Positions 1 to 9,624 of a stretch of DNA of 43,083 nucleotides are shown here, piece after piece; the first letter of the stretch is position 1, and every line of letters begins with the position of its first letter. The stretch is from Nemertoderma westbladi (taxonomy: Eukaryota; Animalia; Xenacoelomorpha): the NCBI GenBank assembly GCA_032718475.1, contig JAUCBJ010007732.1, forward strand, positions 1 through 43,083, given 5' to 3'. A model generated the notes under the pieces. The model searched no databases, had not been told where the DNA came from, and was given only the letters and a program-made list of their open reading frames with translations. Both the position numbers and the translations under genes were made by a program.

Positions 1-115
1 ATATTCTAAAATAACATTCTACTAAATAAAATTAAAGAAAACGATTATAATAAAATTACATAATAATACATACATAAATATAAAATAAAAACAAATATAA
101 AATGATATAGTCACA
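1..115 (-). repeat. Putative start of the 3' LTR (TG at 115, preceded by a PPT-like tract at ~116-127)
   Basis: Position directly after the pol stop and a degenerate polypurine tract. No matching 5' LTR copy was found in the window. Confidence 0.35.
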
Positions 116-133
116 CGCCCACTCCACATGCTA

Positions 134-2917
134 TCACGTTATGGAGTCCCTAGATATTTGTCGGATTAGGGAAGTAGTCGTAGGAAGAGTATCTTGCCTT
201 CCATAGTTTTCGGACAGTTTTCGGTCTCTTTCCAGTAAACATAAACGACTAGCTGGGCGATTGAGTTGTGGTGTTACTTTCTCCGCTCCCTTGGCCTGTC
301 TAATTTCTGCCGTGGTAAGATGAGGAGGCCATTCTTCTTCTTCTTTACTTAAGGAGTCGGATCCACCTAACCAGCCTGGAGTATCTATCAGTTCTTGAGG
401 AGTTGCTCCTCTGGAAGCGATGTCGGCTGGATTAATCGTCCCAAGGCAATGTCTCCATTGATCTACATTGGAGTTAATATCGTCATTATCTGAGGAGTAT
501 GGTGTTCCCTCAGTTGGATCGTCCACATCACTGCTCTCCACTTCCCATTCCTTTACTTGGTATACCTGTTGTTGAGGTAATCTCTCTTTGAGAGTTCTAC
601 GGGAAGGGCCAGTGAAGTACCAACCTACTCTAGTTCTTACCGCATAGGTTTGTAGTGGCTGCGGTTGAGCAGGCCGTTTCTCCAATGTCTCGAGCGCCTC
701 GTGCGCGTTTTGGCCGATGAGTATTTGCACTCCAGGATAATCTGTCTGGAATCGAGGTATCTTAAGATGTTGGATGCTCTCATCCTCGTCCCAATTATAA
801 AGGTCTGCTTGGGTAGTAGCGAAGTTCTTTATAGCCACCATTTTTACTGACCTTATACTTTGTGCTCCTAATTTATCCTGGGGGGTGGACAACGCACCTA
901 CATAGTAATCTGCCGTTATGGTAGATTTCCAAACCTGTATAATTCCTGACATATTCAATTTAGTCCGGAACTTGGGTTGTCCAGCAAAGATATCTTCGGC
1001 TAGTTCTTGATCGATGAATGTTCCTGTACTGCCGGAGTCAAGTAGGGCGTTCACTATGCAACTCTTGTTGAGACCATGAACTCGAACTTGTACTACAGGG
1101 AATTCTCTTATTCCTATGTTGGAAGTTGGAACTTTCCAAGATGGTTGTTTGTCAAAAGGAGTTGGAGTAAACTCGTCAGTGTCCTTTTCATCCGTAAGTG
1201 CTCGATACACTGTGGTATTTATTAGATAACAGGATTCGTTGGCATCGGAGAATTCGTCTGTATAGAATCCTTCCCACTCAGAACCTTGGTCAGTGTCGTT
1301 CACATCACTGAATTGGACATGTAGTTCGGGCTCACTTACCTGACTCGGGTTGTCTCGTTCGAACTCACTGTGTAACAAGATGTGATGTTTCGCGCCACAC
1401 TTTGCACACTTTACGTCGGAGTAACAGGTTCGCCGTTGGTGTCCTGATCTGAGGCAATTATAGCATAGCCGCTTATTCCACAGGACTGTACGTCTGTCTA
1501 CAGGGGATTTCTTTAGAAATTCAGCACACGCACTCAAACGGTGAGGCCCGTCGCACAGCGCACATTTTGGTTTGATGTTACTCACCTTAACTTGGTTAAC
1601 GTTATGCACTCTCGTTCTTTCTTCGGGCTTTCTTCCGTGAATTCTCTTAGGAGACGTAGGAGGAGTTGTTGTTACCTGTTCTCTCCTGTCACTGGTTCGA
1701 GACTTGTATTTACTTACGTCTCTATAGGTCTTGTTGTCATAGTAAGATTTTGCTGTGTCTTTCCCGCTGTCCTCTTCTTGAGAAGCTTGGCTTTCGCCGT
1801 CGTCAGTATAACACACTGGTATTATCCTTCTCCTAGAATCGGGTTTCTCACTTACCTTATTTTCCGATGTTTTCTCTCTGGACTGCCTTATGAGTTGTAA
1901 TTTTACTTCACTATCTAAGAAAGACATGAGATCAGCCATGGTAGGACTTCGTCGTTGTTGTTCATTCATGTACAACACTTTCTTGTCCCAGCGTGTACAT
2001 ACTCCACCCTTTGGTAAAGTAGAGACTACGGCTCCAATAACCATGGAACTCTGATATTCATGCGACTTACCTAACCAGTCCAGTTGTCTACAGATCTCTT
2101 GAATTTCATCGGAAAACTCTATAATCTCGCTACTAAGGAAGTGTCGGGGGGCTACTAATTTTGCATACAAATACTTAGCTATGTTATCCTTGTTACCATA
2201 CCTGATGTTTAATGTATCCCAAACTTGTCTTAATCCATCTGGATGTCCAATAAACTTTAACGCCATTAACTTGGGAGGTCCTTCCAAACACTTGATGAGG
2301 AATCTAAGTTTCTCTCCGTTAGATAGTACAGAATTCTGTATGCTATCTTTGTAATATTCGTTGAAAGGTAACCATTTCATCTCATCTCCATTGAATTTGA
2401 CGATCTCTCCCACTTTAACCGCTTGGCGGGCTTCTGTTCTAGCCATCTGACGCGTAAAGCTTTCTTGGGCCATCGTGTTATTTAATATCGAATTATCGGT
2501 ATATAAATTTCCCGGATTATTATCAGGTCTATAGGGAATATCATTAACAACAGGTTTATAATCACCCTTAATAGGGTTTGCTATAGGAGTTTCTACTTCA
2601 CTAGCAGTATAGATGCGTGTAGGCTCCACACCTTGCGCATGTAATACTTCAGACCTAACAGGTTGACACAATGTTACAGGGGGTATTGGTATACTCTTTT
2701 GTATATTGACTAAGTTGTCGCGTTCTAGCGCGATACTTTGCTGCACTTCTTGCAACTCTGCTCTACATTCCCTCACTGTTCCCTTAAGTTGGTGGACAGT
2801 CTCCTGCATCTGTCCTAGCAGGAGATTCATCCCCCGCCGTCCCTCTTCCACCCACTCAACCGCCGAAGCGGGAGTCGCCAACATAGTAGCGGGCTGACGC
2901 GGGACGACAGGAGACAA
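134..2917 (-). CDS. BEL/Pao Gag-protease fused in frame to remnants of the RNase H and integrase C-termini (frame open from ~3070)
   Basis: CALCDGPHRLSAC, CYNCLRSGHQRRTC and CAKCGAKHHILLH knuckles; ALLDSGSTGTF; ILIGQN and AVRTRVGW protease tail; no YxDD RT motif. Confidence 0.88.
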   Translation of the reverse strand: MSPVVPRQPATMLATPASAVEWVEEGRRGMNLLLGQMQETVHQLKGTVRECRAELQEVQQSIALERDNLVNIQKSIPIPPVTLCQPVRSEVLHAQGVEPTRIYTASEVETPIANPIKGDYKPVVNDIPYRPDNNPGNLYTDNSILNNTMAQESFTRQMARTEARQAVKVGEIVKFNGDEMKWLPFNEYYKDSIQNSVLSNGEKLRFLIKCLEGPPKLMALKFIGHPDGLRQVWDTLNIRYGNKDNIAKYLYAKLVAPRHFLSSEIIEFSDEIQEICRQLDWLGKSHEYQSSMVIGAVVSTLPKGGVCTRWDKKVLYMNEQQRRSPTMADLMSFLDSEVKLQLIRQSREKTSENKVSEKPDSRRRIIPVCYTDDGESQASQEEDSGKDTAKSYYDNKTYRDVSKYKSRTSDRREQVTTTPPTSPKRIHGRKPEERTRVHNVNQVKVSNIKPKCALCDGPHRLSACAEFLKKSPVDRRTVLWNKRLCYNCLRSGHQRRTCYSDVKCAKCGAKHHILLHSEFERDNPSQVSEPELHVQFSDVNDTDQGSEWEGFYTDEFSDANESCYLINTTVYRALTDEKDTDEFTPTPFDKQPSWKVPTSNIGIREFPVVQVRVHGLNKSCIVNALLDSGSTGTFIDQELAEDIFAGQPKFRTKLNMSGIIQVWKSTITADYYVGALSTPQDKLGAQSIRSVKMVAIKNFATTQADLYNWDEDESIQHLKIPRFQTDYPGVQILIGQNAHEALETLEKRPAQPQPLQTYAVRTRVGWYFTGPSRRTLKERLPQQQVYQVKEWEVESSDVDDPTEGTPYSSDNDDINSNVDQWRHCLGTINPADIASRGATPQELIDTPGWLGGSDSLSKEEEEWPPHLTTAEIRQAKGAEKVTPQLNRPASRLCLLERDRKLSENYGRQDTLPTTTSLIRQISRDSIT

Positions 2918-2937
2918 ATTATTGATTTCTCTCTCTG

Positions 2938-4350
2938 CTATCTGGACAGGGGTATTTGCATGGACTGTTCCACCGGGTGCAGGCAGTGTAGTACTATGTA
3001 AAGGGAATTTAGAGTTAAGCTCTGAAGTGTAGGGGTCTCTAGCACAGAAGTGACTTTGGGAACAACAGGCCTAATTATTTCAGGTTCATCGACTATAGTA
3101 GGGAGTCTTTTGACCTGGATAAATTGTTCTATGGGTTCTGCACTACCTAAGTCTGTGCTATTTAGTTGCCTTCTAACAGCTGGAGGCAAATCGGGCAATT
3201 TATGACGGTGAGATGTCTTTCTACGCCTACTGAGACGAGATCTATTTCCTCTGCCTTCAGGATCGGTGGTCTCGCCTTCCTCCGATGATGTATATCCTTG
3301 GCGTTTGGGAGTAGATCGACTCATCATCTGCATTTGACTAGCAGTTAACTGTTTATTTATGCTGTCTTGCGTCTCTTGAAGATTTTCCAACTCCATTTGG
3401 GTGGTCTCTTCAGACGCTCTCTGTTCTGCTTCTGCCAATGCCATTGCTGCTGCTGCTTTTGCTGCTTCCACTGCCGCTGCCGCTTTTCTGTCCGCTTCTG
3501 CTATTGCTTCTGCTATTGCTTCTGCCGCCTTTCTGTCTGCTTCTGCCACTGCTTCTGCCGCCTTTCTGTCTGCTTCTGCCACTGCCGCTGCTGCTGTCTT
3601 TCTGCTTTCGATTAGTTTTCTCTTTACTTGTTCTTCTTGGACTCTAACGAGGCGGAGTTTTTCATCACATTTAGCTTGTTCTGCAGCTAACATTTCCGCA
3701 TCGATTGCGTCCAACACAAGCTTGGTTCCTTCACTATTAGGGCGAAGTCCAGACAGTCGTCTCCTCAACTCTTCGTCTCCTACGAATCGCTGATAGTCTG
3801 ACAGATAGATGTCAATGGCATCTCTAGTTCGTGGCTTCTCTGCTGCTGTTAATTCGCTTTCCACTTCGCTTTCCACTTCGCTTTCCACTTGGCTTTCCAC
3901 TTGGCTTTCCACTTCGCTTTCCACTTCGCTTTCCACTTGAGAAGAAGTGGCGTCGGTTGATTCTTCAAAGGTTGGCCGCTCATCATAAACCGTATCCGCC
4001 ATCTTCGCTCCGCGTTCGGGCGTCCGCTCAACAGTCTCCGAACTACTGGAGCTATCGGGCTGCTGGGAACTAGGTTCTTGGCTAGGATGTCGCTGCTGTT
4101 TGACAGCTGCTTCCTGATCCCGCTTAACTTGGGCCCGAGTGCCTATGGCAGACCTACGGCGCTTCACTAACTTAGCAAATTGCGAAATCGCTTCTACCAA
4201 CCTAGGTTCTGACACAACTACTGCAGGGGTTGCCCTTCTTACAGTAGGAGGGGTCTCAGCCCTCGGTCTGGGATTCTCTACACTTTGATCTGAGAAACAG
4301 GCTGTTGTTTCTAAAAGACTATCTGACAGAGTTTGCCTTGTGTCAGCCAT
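2938..4350 (-). CDS. N-terminal low-complexity/coiled-coil part of the same Gag polyprotein, separated from the rest by a -1 frameshift
   Basis: 470-aa ORF with Ala/Glu coiled-coil repeats. It overlaps by ~130 nt the open -1 frame leading into 134..2917. Confidence 0.65.
   Translation of the reverse strand: MADTRQTLSDSLLETTACFSDQSVENPRPRAETPPTVRRATPAVVVSEPRLVEAISQFAKLVKRRRSAIGTRAQVKRDQEAAVKQQRHPSQEPSSQQPDSSSSSETVERTPERGAKMADTVYDERPTFEESTDATSSQVESEVESEVESQVESQVESEVESEVESELTAAEKPRTRDAIDIYLSDYQRFVGDEELRRRLSGLRPNSEGTKLVLDAIDAEMLAAEQAKCDEKLRLVRVQEEQVKRKLIESRKTAAAAVAEADRKAAEAVAEADRKAAEAIAEAIAEADRKAAAAVEAAKAAAAMALAEAEQRASEETTQMELENLQETQDSINKQLTASQMQMMSRSTPKRQGYTSSEEGETTDPEGRGNRSRLSRRRKTSHRHKLPDLPPAVRRQLNSTDLGSAEPIEQFIQVKRLPTIVDEPEIIRPVVPKVTSVLETPTLQSLTLNSLYIVLHCLHPVEQSMQIPLSR
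3853..3938. repeat. 12-bp coding tandem repeat (TTCGCTTTCCAC)n encoding (ESEV/ESQV)n
   Basis: About 7 near-perfect copies seen directly. Confidence 0.9.
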
Positions 4351-4484
4351 GTTTGATTGTATAGTCGAATGCCTACTGCTATATTACAGTTAAAGCAAGT
4401 CTAGTAATGCAGTATCACTGTTAGCCTAATAATTAATTACCGATACTGCTACTCAGTGTAGCGTGATATATATATAATATATTA

Positions 4485-4733
4485 GAATACCGGTATGCTT
4501 ATAATATATATATAAGTATTATTACAGACTAGATTTGTCACAGAGTACCGGTATATAATTTTAGCACAAATATATATAAATATATAATAGGCCTATCGTG
4601 AATACCGGTATACAGCTGACACTTATAGTATATATAAGTATAATTATTACTAGAATTAATTACAGAATACCGGTATGGTTTCAGCTCAAATTTATAGAAA
4701 TAAATATAATAAGCCTATGGTAAATACCGGTAT
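4485..4733. repeat. Degenerate ~55-65-bp tandem repeat anchored on palindromic TACCGGTA, with alternating A/B units
   Basis: Five TACCGGTAT cores at ~4488, 4546, 4603, 4668 and 4725; unit 1 resembles unit 3 and unit 2 resembles unit 4. Confidence 0.7.
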
Positions 4734-5726
4734 GTCAATTATTTTAGAATAATTGAATTTCTGAATATTTTAGGGTTACTTGGTTACTTTCAGACTTTAA
4801 CTTACTTTATTACCGTTATTTAAGCAGTAGTCCAATTGATATTGAGACCTAGTTGTTGTCTGGCAGGCCTACTATTTATAAATCGTTTGAGTTGATTTAT
4901 AATAGATATATACCCGTTTAAATGGGTTTTTGTCAATATTTGAAATAAATGTTATTATTTCTGGGGGGTCACTACACAGAAGCTGTGCGCTCTCAGTGAA
5001 GTGCTATTTATTTGACACTAAAACTGATAATTCTAATTTACCTAAGTTACTTAATACTACAAATTACTTACGATATGGGTGAGATTAATTCTCTAATTAA
5101 ACACAACAAAAATATTACGTACGAATTTTTTAGGGTAATTTTACAGGAAGTCTACAACCAGCCTAACAAAGGGTTAGAATTCTGGTTATTACAACGGACA
5201 GGGTACTACGGTATTTGAAATAATAAGTAGTAGTAAATATATTGTACTGTCCAGATAGGAAAATACCACCGCCTGACGACCTATAACTGTATCGCTATAG
5301 GTACTACGTTATGTATCACGGATTGTTCCTACCTAGAAGTTAATAGAGCTAGCGAATGTGCCTATCAACCACTTTACAACACAAATATACTGCCCACACT
5401 AATTACTCCGGAAAGCACTGTACACTAAACCCTAAATTAGGTACAAGTACCGGTATAACAAATAATCAGTAGTTAAATATACTTGAACAGTTAAAAGAAC
5501 CACGGCATCTGCTGGAGTGACCGAAGCACAAAATCTCCAGTCTTTACCTACGCCAAGCAGCCCTGATGTAGTACCGGGGTTAGTTTAACTATAACGGTAT
5601 GTATAACAAGCACAATTACTGTAGGAATAAACTTGGGGACATGAATGTTGCGAATAATCGCATAAACTCTGAATAATAAATATTACGCTACCCGTACAGA
5701 ATACTCAAACAAATACAAACCAAACG

Positions 5727-6237
5727 CTGGCAGACTACTATTAAGCCTAAACAAACTACAGTATGTGCAGATTCTGAAACTGTTAGTTAGTATGCGTTCT
5801 AACACGGTAGTACGACTTACTCTTTAAGAGGGGATTGACCTTACCGCTTATGGCTGCCCCAACTTACTAACGGCACTTGATCAGACCAACTCTACACACG
5901 CAGCAATCCCTTCAGACCTAAAAATAGCTAGACAACAATCCAGCCTACAAATATTTGATTAATAACTATTACGGTACCTGAACAGACCACACAAACAAAC
6001 ACAGGCTAAAACACTGGCAGACTACGATCAAGCCTAAATAAACTACAGTATATGCAGACTCTGAAACTGTTAGTTAGTATGCGTTCTAACACGGTAGTAC
6101 GACTTATTCTTTAAGAGGGGATTGACCTTACCGCATATGGCTGCCCCAACTTACTAACGGCACTTTATCAGACAAACTCTACATACGCCGTAATCTCTCC
6201 AAACTCAACAACAGTCAGACAGCAGCTCAGCCTACAA
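5727..6237. repeat. Direct repeat with 287-bp period in the presumed retrotransposon 5' leader
   Basis: CTGGCAGACTAC...CAGCCTACAA at 5727-5950 and 6014-6237 with a near-identical core. Confidence 0.9.
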
Positions 6238-7784
6238 TTATCTGAACAATCTGAGCAGGGTCACATGCCTTCTGCTCAATATTAGCCTACTAGTAAATAA
6301 AACCGACAGAAATAAGTAGAATCTCAAATAAAAATCAGGGCGGCCGTTCCCCGATTAAGTACCAAGACCTACCGGTATACAACAATCAAAATCGAATAAT
6401 ACTAATGTACTTGTACAGCAGTACCGGTACCGGTGATGACAGTTAGGCCTACTGACCTACAGAAGCACCGGTTCAGTTTTACCAGTCACTACGGTATTTT
6501 GCAACCTTATTGCCTACTGCAATAAGATTATAAACTGTTACTGTTCGCGCTTTTGAAGACCTTTAGCAGTTTAACCTGCCAAAATTTATATGTCTTTTCG
6601 TTAATTAAAACACCTTTAGCATACGACAACAATTTATGCTAATACACAAAACATTAGCCGAAGTCAGCCCATGCGCGATCATTCACCCGATGGATCTACA
6701 CCCGGGAGACTGAATTCGGATGCTTAAATTTTATTATTACAGTGTAAGGTTGCAGTGTATACCTACTGTATTATTCGATAGATCGTTAATAATTAATCTC
6801 TGACAGATATTATTGGCTTTCGGGAAATATTAACAGTTCCTTTAGGACGTGGCGCTTTATCTATTTAAACAGAACTAAGACTTATACTAAAACGCAACGA
6901 TACTGCTTATGATTGAAGTATAAAGCGTATTCTTTAGGAAATACTTTGTTACCAATCACAATCATACACACTATTCTGCCGACCGTCAGTATATTTGATC
7001 ACACATAAAGAGAGCAGCGATTGACTCACGTAGGGTCTGCTAAATAACATTGGATTCAATACACACCACATTAATATAAATCGCAATTGTTATGTATAGC
7101 CGGTCTCTCTAACCTGTAGTGTATCAAGAAAATTGGGAATTTGGGTGATTTATCCGTATTATCCAAAGAGCAATATTTCCATCAACAAATAGGTACAATT
7201 AATAACTGACGGTAAATAACAGTACAAACAATATGATTAATGCAATTAAATTAAGTGAGTATGTTAATTAGTGAGATTAGTTAGGTAACAGTTTATACTT
7301 TCGATGATTTAAGCAGTTTTACTAGAGTTTCTAGAGCCGGTGTTTCTGGCTTAGACAGCAATAACAACAAAGTATCAAGTAAAAACAGTAAGACTGAACA
7401 CACTCCTTATGATCGGCCGAAAAGCTACACGTCGACAGGAAAAATCGCTCTGATTGGCTCAAGCCAAACAAAGAACCATGCGTCCAATGGCTGTTTCCAT
7501 GTCAGCAACCAGCTGTTAGATGTCGTAATATGAATCATCACGGCTAAGTTGTGAAAGGTAGTTGGTGCATTGCAGGTTTTTTGCCTTACCATGTCCGCCA
7601 AAACACGTATATAGCAGAATGACTTTTATGTCCGTTAAAACACCTGTAACGGTACCTTGCGGGCGAGGGGAATATATATACAGTTAGAGAACCTTTTTAG
7701 AGTATTCCAGCGCCTGGGGGGAAACTGGATTGCGAAGCAAAAGGGGCCAGTTATATCCCACAGAAGCTTTTACAGTGAGAGAAG

Positions 7785-8120
7785 ATGAATACCGGCACTC
7801 AACAAAACCAACGCTTATCACAGGTCGGTATGGTTACCTCGAAACCGGCGCGACTGTCCACTCGAATACAACTTCAAAACACAAACGCCAACAATAAACT
7901 GAAAGCGAATCGAACGTCTTCAGAAGAATCTGTCATTGGGACGAAGAAAAGTAAGCCGAAACTACGGGAATGGACCACAGCTAAGATTGAATGCTCCCAT
8001 TGTCAGAGTTCCTGGACCGAAATTGAAACACCAATTGCCGATGGGCTTGATCTCTCAAACCAAAACTTCCTCTGCGGGGTTTGCGCGGCAGTAAAGATTG
8101 AAAGTCTGGAAGCTGGCATC
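7785..8120 (+). pseudogene. 5' fragment of a LINE ORF1 with a PHD-like Cys cluster
   Basis: IECSHCQSSW...FLCGVC followed by the start of a coiled coil; composition changes abruptly at ~8120. Confidence 0.5.
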
Positions 8121-8123
8121 CCT

Positions 8124-8570
8124 AGGTATTATTATTATAAAGAGCGTCAGCATGCGTTTAATAAATATATTTTAATACAAAACAGGTCGAACGCAAAAAG
8201 GCTTATAATGAAGACGAGTACTGCATTGATTATATTCCTATAAACCACCTGGCTTTGCATATTGAATGTGCGTTTGGAAATAAGTTCGTGCTACCCTTCC
8301 GTGGGTGGTAGATGTCGCGGTTATGTATTGGTGGGTGGGGGAGGGGGGGGGGGGTGCAGATTAAGGGGGTGAACACGTGCTGTCCCCCTTTCTTTGATTA
8401 ATTGGTGGTGTGGGTTAATCTCTCATAACCTGATTTTGTGATACAGTCGCACAATTTTAATTTGTATCTCATAACTGGGCCTCGTGCTGCGCGAAGGCCC
8501 CACGAACGTGTACAGTGTACACGTGCTCAGCTTTTTGTGTAGGTTTAGTAGCTGCTGCTGCCATTATTTG
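8124..8570 (-). mobile_element. Possible 3' end of a non-LTR retroelement with an (AAT)n tail
   Basis: GC-richer block ending on the minus strand in ATTAAA...AATAATAATA at the point where the ORF1 fragment is cut; contains a C-rich tract; no diagnostic protein motif. Confidence 0.25.
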
Positions 8571-9199
8571 TGATATAACAACAGTACTTCGATGGATAGA
8601 GGCAATCTCAGTGTTAGAAACTAAAGGTGGTGTCTATTAGAGGTGCGTTTATACATGCAGAACAGAATATGCTGCTGCAGTTTAATGAGTTTGAAGTTAA
8701 ATCGTCTGGTTTGGTATAATCTGTTATATCATTATTGTCTATTTCATTTAAAATTACATGACAGTTATTTTCCTTTTGTGTGGGAAAATAATATTTTTGG
8801 GGTGACTGTCGCATTGGTCATATCTGATGTTTCAATTGAACCAACATTAACTTTCGAAACTTCCCCTATGCTCTTCATACTATTTTTACGATTAATAACA
8901 GTATAAGCCATGGTTGTAAAATTTCCTCCTAAAAGTGTACAAGGAACCACTACGGGTTTGTGGTATAGAATCAACTGACTCAGTACTCTAGATTAATTAC
9001 ATAGTAACAGCAATAATCCCTACCCATCATTAGTCTCACTATCACTGGGATATTCCCAACTCTTTCTAAAGATTTGTTTCATTCAATATAGTAAAGGTCA
9101 AACAGTAAATATATTATGAGTTATATCTGGTGGTGGTATAACTTCGTATATTTAATATTGTCGTTGAGATAAAATAACATTTAAGATTAAAGCAATAAA

Positions 9200-9540
9200 C
9201 TACTACTACTACTACTAGGTCGAGCGAACTCGGACAGTGGAAATGAGATCATTCCAGGCTTCCCGATTATCCATAGTTATCGCAATTTCCTTTCTCCCAA
9301 GTTCAGTATCCCTTTCAAGTTGATCTATATATGTTATGGCTGCCCTTAGTAGTCTTGTGTAGCAACCATCAATTCGTGGTTCAAGTTATTTCGTCAGTGT
9401 CCAGGTCTCACCCCCTTATAAAAATACACTTTCCACTGTGGCTCGAAAGAACTTAGTCTTCAGGTGCCTGGAGAGATCTGATTTCCAGATGGTATCCATT
9501 TTTTATAGAGCTACCCAAGCCTTTGCTTTCCTAACTTCTA
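9200..9540 (-). mobile_element. 5'-truncated, internally deleted RTE-like LINE 3' end with a (TAG)n tail
   Basis: Minus translation RKAKAWVAL*KMDTIWKSDLSRHLKTKFFRATVESVF..ETWTLT..RIDGCYTRLLRA/ITYIDQLERDT..MDNREAW, followed by TAG repeats. Confidence 0.8.
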
Positions 9541-9624
9541 ACTAGTAATAGACTACTTACTATATATAACCAAGCTATACCAGTTCGTTGCCTATTAAAC
9601 ATTACGCCAACACTTTATAGTGAT

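Larger units (their letters stand above)
1..4350 (-). mobile_element. BEL/Pao LTR retrotransposon, internally deleted (non-autonomous); runs off the left edge and the 5' boundary is not resolved
   Basis: Gag with a DUF1759-like region (FNGDEMKWLPF...EKLRFLIKCLEG), three Pao-type Cys/His knuckles, protease LLDSGS, RNase H tail QWRHCLGTINPADIASRG and integrase tail LNRPASRLCLLE. The stop is followed on the minus strand by purine-rich GTGGAGTGGGCG and then TGTGAC at 115. Confidence 0.9.

Noticed and set aside
3367-4073. Plus-strand Cys-, Leu- and Ala-rich ORFs and the KWKA-repeat ORF
   Set aside because: Shadow frames of the repetitive Gag N-terminal region.
4485-4733. CRISPR array
   Set aside because: The core is only ~10 bp, spacers are homologous to one another, the context is eukaryotic and there are no cas genes.
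5727-6237. Hammerhead ribozyme in the 287-bp repeat
   Set aside because: No correctly ordered CUGANGA...GAAA core on either strand.
4351-8460. 5' LTR and PBS of the BEL/Pao element
   Set aside because: No copy of 1-115 found. The 13-bp similarity at 8439-8451 does not extend, and TGG candidates at ~6580 and ~7478 do not convincingly match a tRNA 3' end.
8614-8974. Further exon(s) downstream of the giant exon
   Set aside because: Only short ORFs in inconsistent frames with no recognisable motif; insufficient support.
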